Source: Candidatus Limnocylindrales bacterium (lineage in GTDB: Bacteria > Chloroflexota > Limnocylindria > Limnocylindrales > CSP1-4). Taken from it: 43,841 nucleotides of DNA. The stretch is from NCBI GenBank assembly GCA_036741375.1, contig DAINSJ010000001.1, forward strand, positions 7,536-51,376. The letters are read 5' to 3'. The position numbers and the translations under genes are program-made. Below, one piece after another: positions 16,721-25,497 of the stretch. Under the pieces are notes generated by a model. It was given only the letters and a program-made list of their open reading frames with translations, had not been told where the DNA came from and made no database searches. Numbering within the stretch: the first letter of the stretch is position 1; every line of letters starts with the position of its first letter.

Positions 16721-17709
16721 GCGAGCGCCTCGGCGATCCGCTCCGGGACCCGCTCCCGTGCCGTCCTCGCCGCCACCTCGCAGGCGAAGCCAATCATGCG
16801 TCGCTTCGCCCGACCGTGGGTGATGATCACCGCTCCCTTAACCCCCAGGAGCGGCGAGCCGCCGGCCTGCTCGTAGTCGAAGACGTTCCGGATCCGGTCG
16901 ATCCCGGGCCGCAACAGGAGGTAGGCGAGCCGGCCCCGGAGCGAGCCCCGGAACTCCTCCCGCCACAGGTCGAAGATGAAGGTCGAGAGCCCTTCGAAGA
17001 ACTTGATGACGACGTTGCCCGCGACCGCGTCCGTCACGACGACATCGGCCATGTCGGCGACGAGATCCTTGCCCTCGACGTTGCCGATGAAGTTGAGGCC
17101 TGATGCGTCCAGCAGCTCGGTCGCCTGCTGGATCCGCAGGTCGCCCTTGCCCTTCTCCTCGCCGATCGAGAGGAGGGCGACGCGCGGGTTCGGGATCCCC
17201 AGGACGCGCTCCGCGAAGATCGAGCCCATCCGGGCGTATTGGGCGAGGTTCTCGGGGGTCGAATCGGGATTCGCGCCGATGTCGAGCAGCACGAACGGCG
17301 AGCCCTGGCGGACCATCTGGACGGCGAGAGCCGGGCGGTCGACGCCGGCGACGCGCCCGATCCGCAGCACCGCTGCGGCCATCCCGGCGCCGGTGTGCCC
17401 GGCCGTGACGATCGCGTCGGCCTGGCCGTGGCGGACCAGGTTGCAGGCGACGAGGATCGAGGCGTCCTTCTTCTCGCGCAGCGCCATCGCCGGGTGTTCG
17501 TCCATCTCGATGACCTGGGACGCGGCCACGATGGAGACGTTCGGGGGCAGCGACGGGGCGATCGACCGGAGGCGCGACTCGACCCCGACGAGGATGACCG
17601 CATCCTCGGGGTGCGCGCGGGCGTGCGCGAGGGCTCCCGGCACGACCTCTTCGGGGCCATGGTCGCCGCCCATCGCATCGACCGCGATCCGGACGGGGGT
17701 TGGGGTCAC
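16717..17709 (-). CDS. plsX: Phosphate acyltransferase PlsX
   Basis: RIAVDAMGGDHGPEEVVPGA...DAIVTAGHTGAGMAAA...GEEKGKG are PlsX motifs. I start it at GTG 17709, 13 nt after the rpmF stop. The track start ATG 17778 would overlap rpmF by 56 nt. Confidence 0.88.
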   Translation of the reverse strand: MTPTPVRIAVDAMGGDHGPEEVVPGALAHARAHPEDAVILVGVESRLRSIAPSLPPNVSIVAASQVIEMDEHPAMALREKKDASILVACNLVRHGQADAIVTAGHTGAGMAAAVLRIGRVAGVDRPALAVQMVRQGSPFVLLDIGANPDSTPENLAQYARMGSIFAERVLGIPNPRVALLSIGEEKGKGDLRIQQATELLDASGLNFIGNVEGKDLVADMADVVVTDAVAGNVVIKFFEGLSTFIFDLWREEFRGSLRGRLAYLLLRPGIDRIRNVFDYEQAGGSPLLGVKGAVIITHGRAKRRMIGFACEVAARTARERVPERIAEALA

Positions 17710-17722
17710 TCGAGGCGCGCCG

Positions 17723-17926
17723 TCAGGTCGAAGGAGCGTCGTCCTTCGCCTTCTTGAGCTCGAGGACCGGCCGGCCACCGTAGTACCCGCAGTTCAGGCA
17801 GGCGCGATGCGAGCGCTTCGGCTGATGGCAGTGCGGGCACTCCTCGAGCTGGGGGAGCGTCAGCGCGAGATGGGCGCGCCGATCTCCCTGTCGTGCGTGG
17901 GAGACCTTGCGCTTTGGCACACCCAT
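17723..17926 (-). CDS. rpmF: 50S ribosomal protein L32 (zinc-ribbon form)
   Basis: MGVPKRKVSHARQGDRRAH is the L32 N-terminus, with CPHC...CLNC cysteine pairs. ATG 17926 has AAGGAG upstream. The track ORF adds 11 spurious residues. Confidence 0.92.
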   Translation of the reverse strand: MGVPKRKVSHARQGDRRAHLALTLPQLEECPHCHQPKRSHRACLNCGYYGGRPVLELKKAKDDAPST

Positions 17927-18046
17927 GGGTTCGTGAGGCTCCTTTCGATGCCCGAGCACCGGTCGGCGGACGGGCCGCGCACGCGGGCGCCGGAGAGTTG
18001 CAATCCGGGAACGAACCAGCCGCGTGAAACGACGGGCCGAGCGCGG

Positions 18047-18052
18047 AGTTTA
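18047..18052 (-). promoter_or_regulatory. Putative -10 hexamer TAAACT for rpmF, overlapping the yceD stop codon
   Basis: The minus strand reads GCGAGTAAACT-CCGCGC. The downstream CCGCGC is identical to that of the rplS element. It lies about 120 nt before the rpmF ATG. Confidence 0.4.
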
Positions 18053-18607
18053 CTCGCTCCCGGTTTCGCCGTCGACCCGGAAGGCCTGCAGGGCCGCGAG
18101 GCGCGGATCGATGTCGTCCTCGTCGTGATCCGGGTGGCCCGGGCCGAGACGTTCGCCACACGTGACGCAGAGCCCGGGACAGAGCGCCTCGCACAGTGGC
18201 GCGATCGGCTCGGCGAGCGAGATCGCCTCCGCGACGATCGGGGCGAGCGCCAGCTCGTGATGATCCGTGAGGCGCGCGACGTCCGGTTCGCTGGAGCGGT
18301 CGAGCCGGGCTCCGGTGCCGAAGTCGAGGCTCGGCAGAACCTCCTCGTCGAGGCTCACGTGGATCGGGACGACGATGTCCTTCAGGCAGCGCGAGCAGGT
18401 TGCCTCGATGGCCGTGTCGAGCTCGGCCCGGATGACGACGCCGCGGTTCGTCCGATCGACCTCGAGGCGCCCTTCGATCGGATCGGCGAGATGGAGGTCG
18501 TCGGGCAGCGGGATCGTGACCCCGTGGATCTCGTAGCTCGCCGCCGTACCTGGCGGCTCCGCGAGCAGGCTCGCCAGCGGAAACGTGAGCGGGACCACGA
18601 CGGTCAC
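18050..18607 (-). CDS. yceD: YceD/DUF177 family protein (23S rRNA accumulation protein)
   Basis: 185 aa. ATCSRCLKDI...EPIAPLCEALCPGLCVTCGE are the DUF177 cysteine clusters, with an acidic C-terminus. It sits upstream of rpmF, the conserved position. GTGA overlap with the preceding gene. Confidence 0.85.
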   Translation of the reverse strand: MTVVVPLTFPLASLLAEPPGTAASYEIHGVTIPLPDDLHLADPIEGRLEVDRTNRGVVIRAELDTAIEATCSRCLKDIVVPIHVSLDEEVLPSLDFGTGARLDRSSEPDVARLTDHHELALAPIVAEAISLAEPIAPLCEALCPGLCVTCGERLGPGHPDHDEDDIDPRLAALQAFRVDGETGSE

Positions 18608-19161
18608 CGCAGCGAGGGCGACCGGCTGCCTGCGTCCTCGTCTTCCGTCACCCGGATCTCGGCGTCTGACAGCATCGGTTCGTGGCCATCCTCGGGCGCG
18701 CGCCGCTGGAGCTCGGCCCGTCGCTCCTCGAGGACGTTCATGCCCTTGCGGATGCCGGCGAGCGCCGTGACCGCCTCTTCCTCGAGCGTCCCGAGGATGT
18801 TCGCGGCGTAGTCGTCGGCGCCGCGACGGATGCCATCGGCGACGTCCTCGGCCTGCTCGACGATGCGGCGGCCCTCGGCCTGGGCGGTCTCGGTCAAGCC
18901 CCGCTCGCCGATGAGGAACGCGGCCTGCTCCTGGGCGCGACTGACGATGCGCGTCGACTCGTCGTGAGCCTTCTCGAGGATCCGCTCGCCCTCGGCGTTG
19001 ATCCGCTTGGCCGCCCGGACCTCCTCGGGGATCGCCACCCGAAGCTGGTCGATGAGGTCGAGGATCGCGTCGCGGTCGACGAGGACCTTCCGAGTCGCAG
19101 GCAGCCCCGTGCCTGTCGCGATCTGCGACTCGAGCCGTTCAAGCAGGAAGATGATGTCCGT
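18604..19161 (-). CDS. Conserved coiled-coil protein (often annotated as ATPase/ATP synthase subunit b- or H-like); start probably non-canonical
   Basis: Track ORF 18604..19038 begins at GTG within ...DQLRVAIPEEVRAAKRI. The 41 in-frame codons upstream are open with GC3 about 86%. They encode (T)DIIFLLERLESQIATGTGLPATRKVLVDRDAILDLIDQLR, which matches my recollection of this family's N-terminus (M-D-I-I/F-x-L-L-D/E-x-L-E). No ATG/GTG/TTG is available there. ACG 19161 lies 6 nt after GAGG. ATC codons sit at 19155 and 19152. Confidence 0.65.
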   Translation of the reverse strand, partial: TDIIFLLERLESQIATGTGLPATRKVLVDRDAILDLIDQLRVAIPEEVRAAKRINAEGERILEKAHDESTRIVSRAQEQAAFLIGERGLTETAQAEGRRIVEQAEDVADGIRRGADDYAANILGTLEEEAVTALAGIRKGMNVLEERRAELQRRAPEDGHEPMLSDAEIRVTEDEDAGSRSPSLR

Positions 19162-19195
19162 CGGAGGCCTCGATGGTGCGAGTGGGGTCGCCCGG

Positions 19196-19204
19196 ATTAT
19201 GGCA
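19196..19204 (-). promoter_or_regulatory. Putative extended -10 element TGcCATAAT upstream of the coiled-coil gene
   Basis: The minus strand reads ACGTGCCATAAT-CCGGGC, between the coaD stop (19217) and the proposed ACG start (19161). This placement supports translation starting near 19161 rather than 19038. Confidence 0.45.
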
Positions 19205-19216
19205 CGTGAGGCGCGG

Positions 19217-19711
19217 TCACCCAGCGTGGAGATGCGTCGCCAGAGCCTGCAGCGCCGCCTCGGGGACCATCGAGGAAACGTCGCCGCCGAAGCTCGCGAT
19301 CTCCTTGACGAGCGACGAGCTCACGTAGCCATGCTCGACCGCGGTCATGAAGAACACTGAGTCGACATCGGGCGCGAGCTTCCGATTGTTGTGGGCCAGC
19401 TGCATCTCGGTCTCGAAGTCGGAGATCGCTCGCAGGCCCCGGATGATCGAGCCGGCACCGTGGGCCTTGACGGCATCGACGGTGAGCCCGTCGAACGTCA
19501 CGACCTCGACCCGGTCGTCGGGGATGCCCGCCTCGGCCAGGGCTGCTCGGAGGATCTCGACGCGGGTCGCGGCTGCCAGCAGCGGTGACTTGCGGGGGTT
19601 CGCGAGGACTCCCACGAGGACGCGATCGAAGACAGCGAGGGCCCGCCGGATCACGTCGAGGTGACCGTTCGTCACCGGGTCGAACGAGCCGGGATAGAGC
19701 GCGATCTTCAT
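19217..19711 (-). CDS. coaD: Phosphopantetheine adenylyltransferase
   Basis: 164 aa. MKIALYPGSFDPVTNGHLDVIRRA...IIRGLRAISDFETEMQLAHNNR...SSSLVKEI are canonical CoaD motifs. Confidence 0.95.
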   Translation of the reverse strand: MKIALYPGSFDPVTNGHLDVIRRALAVFDRVLVGVLANPRKSPLLAAATRVEILRAALAEAGIPDDRVEVVTFDGLTVDAVKAHGAGSIIRGLRAISDFETEMQLAHNNRKLAPDVDSVFFMTAVEHGYVSSSLVKEIASFGGDVSSMVPEAALQALATHLHAG

Positions 19712-20292
19712 CCGGCCTCCCAGCGGTGGAACGTCAGGCCGGTCTCCCCGAACCGGCGCTCCCGGACGGATGCTAGCAGTCCGATCGAGGCCGGCGGCCC
19801 GGTTCGCCAGAAGTGCTTCGAGACCACGATGCCGCCGGCGGCGAGGATCGCGTTGGTGCCCGCGACCGAGATCGCCGTGAGGGCGTCAACGAGCAACCCC
19901 GGCTCGTCGTATGGCGGGTCGGCGACGATGACGCCGAACGGCCCGGCCGTGGCGCCGGAGCCCTTGAGCCAGGCGATGGCTTCGCCGCGAACGACCTGCG
20001 CCCCGGGTCCCCCCAGGTGGGTCGCCGCCAGGTTTCGCTCGATGGCCTCGATCGCGCCCGCGTTCCGTTCCACGAACGTCGCCCGCTCCGAACCTCGAGA
20101 CAGCGCCTCGATTCCGGCCGCTCCGCTGCCTGCGAACAGGTCCAGGAACGAGGCACCCTTCAGCTCGGGCTCGAGGATGGCGAAGAGCGTCTGCTTCACC
20201 CGATCGCCGAGCGGGCGGACCCCGCTCGCCGGAGCGACCAGCCGCGTCCCCCGCGCCGTCCCCGCGATGACCCGGCCCGCGGTCTCGGTCAC
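19708..20292 (-). CDS. rsmD: 16S rRNA (guanine966-N2)-methyltransferase RsmD
   Basis: 194 aa. FLDLFAGSGAAGIEALSRGSERATFVERN...VIVADPPY are the RsmD SAM-binding and DPPY motifs. rsmD-coaD is a conserved pair (ATGA overlap). Confidence 0.9.
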   Translation of the reverse strand: MTETAGRVIAGTARGTRLVAPASGVRPLGDRVKQTLFAILEPELKGASFLDLFAGSGAAGIEALSRGSERATFVERNAGAIEAIERNLAATHLGGPGAQVVRGEAIAWLKGSGATAGPFGVIVADPPYDEPGLLVDALTAISVAGTNAILAAGGIVVSKHFWRTGPPASIGLLASVRERRFGETGLTFHRWEAG

Positions 20293-22541
20293 GCGGCACC
20301 CGCGGGATCGGCCGTCGCGACGCGCGCGAGCCAGCCCGTGGCCATCTCCTGCCGGAGCGGCTCATGGCCGGGCTGGAGCCGGCCCTCGGCATCCAGGAGG
20401 AGCTCGGCGGCGCGACGGGCCGCGACCGCGAGATCGCGATGCTCCTCCCGTTGGAGCGACGCGACCCGGAGCCGCGGCAGGCCGCTCTGGACCAGGCCAA
20501 GCACGTCGCCCTCGCGGCGCAGCTCCCAGTCCCGCTCAGCCAGCTCGAAGCCGTCGTTGAGGTCCCGCACCGCGGCGAGCCGTGCCTGGGCGGTCTCGTC
20601 GGTCGAATCCGAGACGAGGACGCAGAACGATTCGACCGTCCCGCGGCCGACGCGTCCCCGGAGCTGGTGGAGCTGGGCGAGGCCGAAGCGGTCGGCGCCC
20701 TCGACGACCATCATCGTGGCCTCGGGGACGTCGACGCCGACCTCCACGACCGTCGTCCCGACGAGAACCTGGATCTCGCCGTCCCGGAAGCGCGCCATCT
20801 CGGCATCCCGGTCGGCCGGCTTGAGCCGGCCATGGACCAGCCCGACGCGGAGCGGCTCCAGGAGGGCACCGAGGCGAACCGCCTCGGCCTCGGCTGCAAT
20901 GGCTGCCGAGGCAACGATCGCCTCGTCGTCCGGCTCGCCATTCGAGTCGGTGGCGTCCTCAGGGCTGATGAGCGGCACGACGACGAAGGTCCGGTGGCCC
21001 TTTTCCGCCTCTTCTCGGACGAACGTCCAGACGCGGTCAAGCTCCGCCGGCGTTCGGATCGCGGTTCGGATCGGCACGCGGCCGGCCGGTGGGGTTCGGA
21101 GGTCCGTGACGTCGAGGTCCGCATACAGGACCTGGCCGAGCGTCCGCGGGATCGGCGTCGCGGTCATCAGCAGGACATGCGGCACTCGGCCGGCGGCCTT
21201 CGCCTCGAGCGCGGCGCGCTGATCGACCCCGAATCGATGCTGCTCATCGATGACCACGAGCCCGAGGTCGGCGAACGCCACGGACTCGGAGATGAGAGCG
21301 TGGGTCCCGACCACGATCGGCGCCATGCCGCTCGCGACCATGTCCCGAACTCGATTGGCCTCGGCGGCCTTGAGGGACCCCGTGAGGAGCTCGACCGGAC
21401 GGCCGAGCGGCTCGAGCAGCTCCGTGAGCGTCTTCTGGTGCTGGCGAGCGAGCAGGTCCGTCGGCGCGAGCAACGCTCCCTGGCGGCCCGCCGCGGCCAT
21501 CGCGGCGAGCGCCCAGGCCGCAACGGCCGTCTTGCCGGACCCGACGTCACCCTGGAGCAGTCGGAGCATCGGCGTCTCCGAAGCCAGATCCGTGGCGATC
21601 GCCACGATCGCCCGATCCTGGTCGTCGGTGAGGTCCACGGGCCTGCCCGTCCTGGCCCGCAGTCCGGCGACAACTGCCTCGCGAATCCGGGCGTCCTCGG
21701 CCGGGTCGACGGCGACAGCGACGCCGCGCTCGTGGATTCGGCCACGCCGTCGCGACACCATGCCCATCTGGAGCGCGAGGAGCTCGTCGAACGCGAGGCG
21801 GTCGAGGGCCCCGTCGCGGCGCGGGAACGTCGTCGGGTAGTGCGCCTCGTCGAGGGCCTCGCCGATCGGCAGGAGCTCCCGCTCGCGAAGGACCTCCCGC
21901 GGCAGGTATTCCGGGTAGCTCTTGCCCGAGCGGTCGATCGCCTCGCGCATCGTCCGTCGGAGCGTCGCAGCGGTGAGACCGGCGGTCAGGCGATAGACCG
22001 GCACGATCCGTCCCGCATGCAGCAGTGGCGACCCGTCGTCGCGCTGGAACTCCGGGTTGTCGAGCGTCAGCCGCCCACCGAAGTGACGGAGCTTGCCGCT
22101 CACGACGATCGAATCGCCGGCGTGCAGGCGGCGCTCGATGAAGCGCCGACCGAACCACGTCGCGGCGATCGTCCCCGTCTCGTCCTCGAGGACCGCGACC
22201 GTTCGTTGGATCCGGCGCCGGAACGTCGGCTCGACCCGCAGGTCGGAGACCCGGACGTGGGCCGAGACGACCTCCCCGTCCGGCGTCCAGGTGAGGTCTC
22301 CGATCCGCCGCATCTCGCGGAGGTCATCGTACCGCCGCGGCAGATGGAACAGCAGGTCCCGAACGGTCCTGATCCCGAGGCGGCGGCCCGCCCGCCCGAC
22401 GGTCGGCGCTCCGGGCAACCCCGACCGGGCCACGTCGGCGTCGAGCAGGGCGACCGGGTCGAGGGGAGCCTTCGGTGCCGCCGGCGGGCGTGGCGGGCGC
22501 ACCGCGCCAGGGGCGCGCCGGCGGATGGGTCGGTCGGCCAC
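20289..22541 (-). CDS. recG: ATP-dependent DNA helicase RecG
   Basis: The wedge and SF2 helicase motifs are present: LLQGDVGSGKTAVA (Walker A), VIDEQHRFG (DEQH), LLMTATPIPRTL, QLHQLRGRVGRG. The start is uncertain. I chose GTG 22541, 4 nt after the yloV stop. ATG 22589 and the track start 22619 overlap yloV. Confidence 0.9.
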   Translation of the reverse strand: MADRPIRRRAPGAVRPPRPPAAPKAPLDPVALLDADVARSGLPGAPTVGRAGRRLGIRTVRDLLFHLPRRYDDLREMRRIGDLTWTPDGEVVSAHVRVSDLRVEPTFRRRIQRTVAVLEDETGTIAATWFGRRFIERRLHAGDSIVVSGKLRHFGGRLTLDNPEFQRDDGSPLLHAGRIVPVYRLTAGLTAATLRRTMREAIDRSGKSYPEYLPREVLRERELLPIGEALDEAHYPTTFPRRDGALDRLAFDELLALQMGMVSRRRGRIHERGVAVAVDPAEDARIREAVVAGLRARTGRPVDLTDDQDRAIVAIATDLASETPMLRLLQGDVGSGKTAVAAWALAAMAAAGRQGALLAPTDLLARQHQKTLTELLEPLGRPVELLTGSLKAAEANRVRDMVASGMAPIVVGTHALISESVAFADLGLVVIDEQHRFGVDQRAALEAKAAGRVPHVLLMTATPIPRTLGQVLYADLDVTDLRTPPAGRVPIRTAIRTPAELDRVWTFVREEAEKGHRTFVVVPLISPEDATDSNGEPDDEAIVASAAIAAEAEAVRLGALLEPLRVGLVHGRLKPADRDAEMARFRDGEIQVLVGTTVVEVGVDVPEATMMVVEGADRFGLAQLHQLRGRVGRGTVESFCVLVSDSTDETAQARLAAVRDLNDGFELAERDWELRREGDVLGLVQSGLPRLRVASLQREEHRDLAVAARRAAELLLDAEGRLQPGHEPLRQEMATGWLARVATADPAGAA

Positions 22542-22545
22542 TCCC

Positions 22546-24276
22546 CTACTCGGCGGACACGAGGTAACGGTAGTGCGGCTGGCCGCCATGCACGACCTCG
22601 ACCTCCGCCCCCGTCGCAAGCTCGTGGATCTTGCGCGCGAGCCGCTCGGTGCCGGCGAGGTCGGCGCCCTCGCCGTAGTACAGCGTGATGAGTTCGAAGC
22701 CCGGCTTCAGCAATCGGATCGCCGCCAGGACGGCCGCCGTCGGATCGTCGTCAACGGCGACGAGACCGTCGTCCGGGTCGAGCGCGATCGTCTGGCCCTT
22801 CTTGACCTTGCGGCCGCCGATCGTGGCGTCGCGCACGGCCTCCGTCACCGACAGCGACTGGATGGCCCGCCCCGCCGCCGTCATCTCGGTGGCGTTGTCG
22901 GCGGCGTTCTTCGTGGGATCCAGCGCGAGCAACGCGGCGAGCCCCTCCGCGGCGTTACGGGTCGCGACGACCGAGACTGGACGATCGGCGAGCGCCGCCA
23001 CCTGGCGCGCGGCGAGGACGACGTTCGGGTTGTTCGGCAGGACGAGGACCTCCCGGGCGTGAACGGATCGAACCGCCTCGAGGAGCTCGCCCGTGCTGGG
23101 ATTCGCGGTCTGCCCGCCGAGGACGACCCGGCTGACACCGAAGTCCCGGAAGATTGCCGCCAGGCCCTCCCCCGCGGCAACCGCGACGACGGCGAGGTCG
23201 GCCAGCTCCCCGGCATCGAGCGCGGGGCCCGTGCCGTTGCCTTCGTGCGATTCGGCAGCGGTTCCCACACCGGTCGCGAAGGCCGCGGCTTTCGTCTCGC
23301 GGACGTCGCTGGCCTGCTGGTCGAGGTTCTCGACGCTGATCATCGACAGCGTGCCTAGGCCGATGGCGTAGCCGAGGACCAGATCGGGCCGGTCGTTGTG
23401 GACATGCACCTTGACGGCCATTGCGTCGCCGGCCACCAGCACGCATTCGCCGATCGAGCCGATGCGGGTCCGGATCGCTTCGACGTCGAGGGGCCGTCCC
23501 GGTAGCGCTCGGGCCAGGAACATCGTCTCGAAGCCAAAGGCCCCGTCTCCTTCGCCGACCGATTCACGGCGGGCCGCGACCGGCAGGCTCCTGGAAGGCC
23601 GTGCCGGCGTCAAGCCGACGGCGTCGCGCGGGAGAGCCGACAGCCGATCCGCCGCGCGGCCTTCGACGAAGCGCTCGGCACCCTCGAACAGCCGCAGGAG
23701 CCCCTGACCGCCCGAGTCGACGACGCCGGCATCCTTCAGGATCTGGAGCAGGGACGGCGTCTTCGCGACTGCCTTGTCGGCCGCGATGACGGTCGCCTTG
23801 AGGACCGCGACCAGGTCGGGTTCCCGCTCGGCGGTCGCGACGGCGGCCGCGGAGGCCTCCCGGATGACGGTGAGGATCGTCCCTTCGACGGGCTTGGCGA
23901 CGGCGCCGTAGGCGGCCTTGGTCCCGAGATCCAGCGCGTTGGCGAGGTCCAGGGTGTTGAAGTGGGCCTTTCCGGCGAGGCCCTCGGCGATGCCCCGCAG
24001 GATCTGGCTCGTGATGACCCCGGAGTTGCCGCGGGCACCCATGAGCGCGCCGAACGCTGCGGCCGCTGCGACGCGCTCCGCCGTCGCGTCCTCGCCGAGC
24101 GTCTCCGCCTCAGCGAGGGCCGCCCGGACCGTCGCGAGCATGTTCGAGCCGGTGTCGCCGTCCGGGACCGGGAAGACGTTGAGGGCATTGATCTCGTCGA
24201 CGTTGGCCTCGAGATTGGCTACCGCGGCTCGGAAGGCGCCCAGGAGGCCGGCCCCGTTGCAGGCCCGACGGGCCAT
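22546..24276 (-). CDS. yloV: DAK2 domain fusion protein YloV / FakA-like (fatty acid kinase subunit family)
   Basis: 576 aa. INALNVFPVPDGDTGSNMLATV is the DAK2 signature. It has the YloV architecture and sits at the conserved position between yloU (Asp23) and recG. Confidence 0.85.
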   Translation of the reverse strand: MARRACNGAGLLGAFRAAVANLEANVDEINALNVFPVPDGDTGSNMLATVRAALAEAETLGEDATAERVAAAAAFGALMGARGNSGVITSQILRGIAEGLAGKAHFNTLDLANALDLGTKAAYGAVAKPVEGTILTVIREASAAAVATAEREPDLVAVLKATVIAADKAVAKTPSLLQILKDAGVVDSGGQGLLRLFEGAERFVEGRAADRLSALPRDAVGLTPARPSRSLPVAARRESVGEGDGAFGFETMFLARALPGRPLDVEAIRTRIGSIGECVLVAGDAMAVKVHVHNDRPDLVLGYAIGLGTLSMISVENLDQQASDVRETKAAAFATGVGTAAESHEGNGTGPALDAGELADLAVVAVAAGEGLAAIFRDFGVSRVVLGGQTANPSTGELLEAVRSVHAREVLVLPNNPNVVLAARQVAALADRPVSVVATRNAAEGLAALLALDPTKNAADNATEMTAAGRAIQSLSVTEAVRDATIGGRKVKKGQTIALDPDDGLVAVDDDPTAAVLAAIRLLKPGFELITLYYGEGADLAGTERLARKIHELATGAEVEVVHGGQPHYRYLVSAE

Positions 24277-24695
24277 CAGGCGACGTCCGAGCCGCTGTCC
24301 GCGAGGTCCGACGGTCCGACCCCGCCCGGCGGCGGTGGCTGCGGCGGCTCACCCCCCGGATGGGGGTCGAGGCCGGCGATTCTGATCGTCAGGCGGCCGA
24401 CCTCGCGATCGAGGGCGCGACGGATCGCATACCGGATCGCCGAGTCCACCTGGCGCGCCACCTCGGCAATTGGCAGCCCCTTTGCGACGCGGAGGCGCAG
24501 GCCGATCTCGATCGAGCCGCCGCGGAGCGACACTCGGAGGCCGGCGGGCCGCCGCTCGATCGCGCCCGGGATGCCGTCGGCGAGATCGCCGGCAAAGCCG
24601 GCCACGCCGTACGAGCCGAGCGTCACGCTGCGCACGATGTCGATCACGGCGCGGCGCGTGACGAGCGCCCGTCCGGGGGTGGGTGCGTCGGGCAA
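24276..24695 (-). CDS. yloU: Asp23/Gls24 family protein (YloU-like)
   Basis: 139 aa. TTG start with GAGGGA 5 nt upstream. VTRRAVIDIVRSVTLGSYGVAGF...LRVSLRGGSIEIGLRLRVAKGLPIAEVARQVDSAIRYAI has the Asp23-family pattern. Its stop shares one nucleotide with the yloV start (TGATG). Confidence 0.8.
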   Translation of the reverse strand: MPDAPTPGRALVTRRAVIDIVRSVTLGSYGVAGFAGDLADGIPGAIERRPAGLRVSLRGGSIEIGLRLRVAKGLPIAEVARQVDSAIRYAIRRALDREVGRLTIRIAGLDPHPGGEPPQPPPPGGVGPSDLADSGSDVA

Positions 24696-24749
24696 GGTGC
24701 TCCCTCGTCAGCCGGCGGCGGGACCGCGTTCGGGAACCGCGCGGGTGCG

Positions 24750-24758
24750 TGGTATAGT
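24750..24758 (+). promoter_or_regulatory. Putative extended -10 element TGgTATAGT for rpmB
   Basis: The plus strand reads GCGTGGTATAGTACC, about 62 nt before the rpmB ATG. It is the best-looking sigma-70-type -10 in the window. Confidence 0.6.
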
Positions 24759-24759
24759 A
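24754..24759 (-). promoter_or_regulatory. Putative -10 hexamer TACTAT for the yloU-yloV-recG operon
   Basis: The minus strand reads GGCGGTACTATACC, about 60 nt before the yloU TTG. It overlaps the plus-strand rpmB -10 with a 1-bp offset. Confidence 0.4.
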
Positions 24760-24819
24760 CCGCCCCGCTGGGCCCGAACCGGCACCGGCGCTTCACCCGC
24801 CTCCCCTCCGAGGATCTTC

Positions 24820-25017
24820 ATGGCACGCTCCTGCGCGATCTGCGGCAAAGTTTCAATGGGTGGCTTCAACCCCCAGTCGTCCGGCTCGAACCGGGTGCGC
24901 GCGCATCGCCGCATGGAGCCGAACCTGCAGCCGCTGACGGTCGTCCGCAACGGCGTCGCGACGAAGTCCCTCGTCTGTACGCGCTGCCGCCGGACCGAGA
25001 CGAAGAGCGCCCGCTAG
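24820..25017 (+). CDS. rpmB: 50S ribosomal protein L28 (zinc-ribbon form)
   Basis: It is embedded in artefactual track ORF 23962..25017. From ATG 24820 (GAGGA 5 nt upstream) it reads MARSCAICGKVSMGGFNPQSSGSNRVRAHRRMEPNLQPLTVV...CTRCRRT. These are L28 hallmarks (CxxCGK, N-V-S-H/S-N-x-R-x-R-R-W-x-PNLQ-like). It is divergent from yloU, as in Bacillus. Confidence 0.9.
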   Translation: MARSCAICGKVSMGGFNPQSSGSNRVRAHRRMEPNLQPLTVVRNGVATKSLVCTRCRRTETKSAR

Positions 25018-25044
25018 GGTCGCTCCACGGTCGGCCGATGCCGG

Positions 25045-25494
25045 TCAGCTGCGATCGGTATCCAGCCAGATCGTGAACGGGCCATCGTTGACGAGCTCAA
25101 CCCGCATCTCGGCCCCGAACCGCCCCATCTCCACATCCGCGATCCCCGCTTCCCGAAGTGCGTCGGCGAACCGCCGGTAGAGCCGTTCGGCCAGCTCCGG
25201 CGGGCCGGCATCGGTGAACCCCGGACGGCGACCGCGTGACGTATCCGCGTAGAGCGTGAACTGGCTCACGACGAGCGCCGACCCATCGACCTCGACCACT
25301 GACCGATTCGTTCGACCGGACTCGTCCGGAAAGATCCGGAGCGCCGCGACCCGTGCGGCGAGCTGATCGGCGGTCCGATCGTCGTCCGAGCCGCCGACGC
25401 CGAGGAGCACGAGCAGGCCCGGCCCGATGGTCGCGATCCGTTCCCCGTCGACGTCGACCGAGGCCCGTTCGACGCGTTGCAGCAGTGCCCGCAT
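25045..25494 (-). CDS. dtd: D-aminoacyl-tRNA deacylase
   Basis: 149 aa. MRALLQRV...GPGLLVLLGV...RIF...SQFTLYADT..GRRP.F...NDGPFT are canonical Dtd motifs. Confidence 0.93.
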   Translation of the reverse strand: MRALLQRVERASVDVDGERIATIGPGLLVLLGVGGSDDDRTADQLAARVAALRIFPDESGRTNRSVVEVDGSALVVSQFTLYADTSRGRRPGFTDAGPPELAERLYRRFADALREAGIADVEMGRFGAEMRVELVNDGPFTIWLDTDRS

Positions 25495-25497
25495 GCC

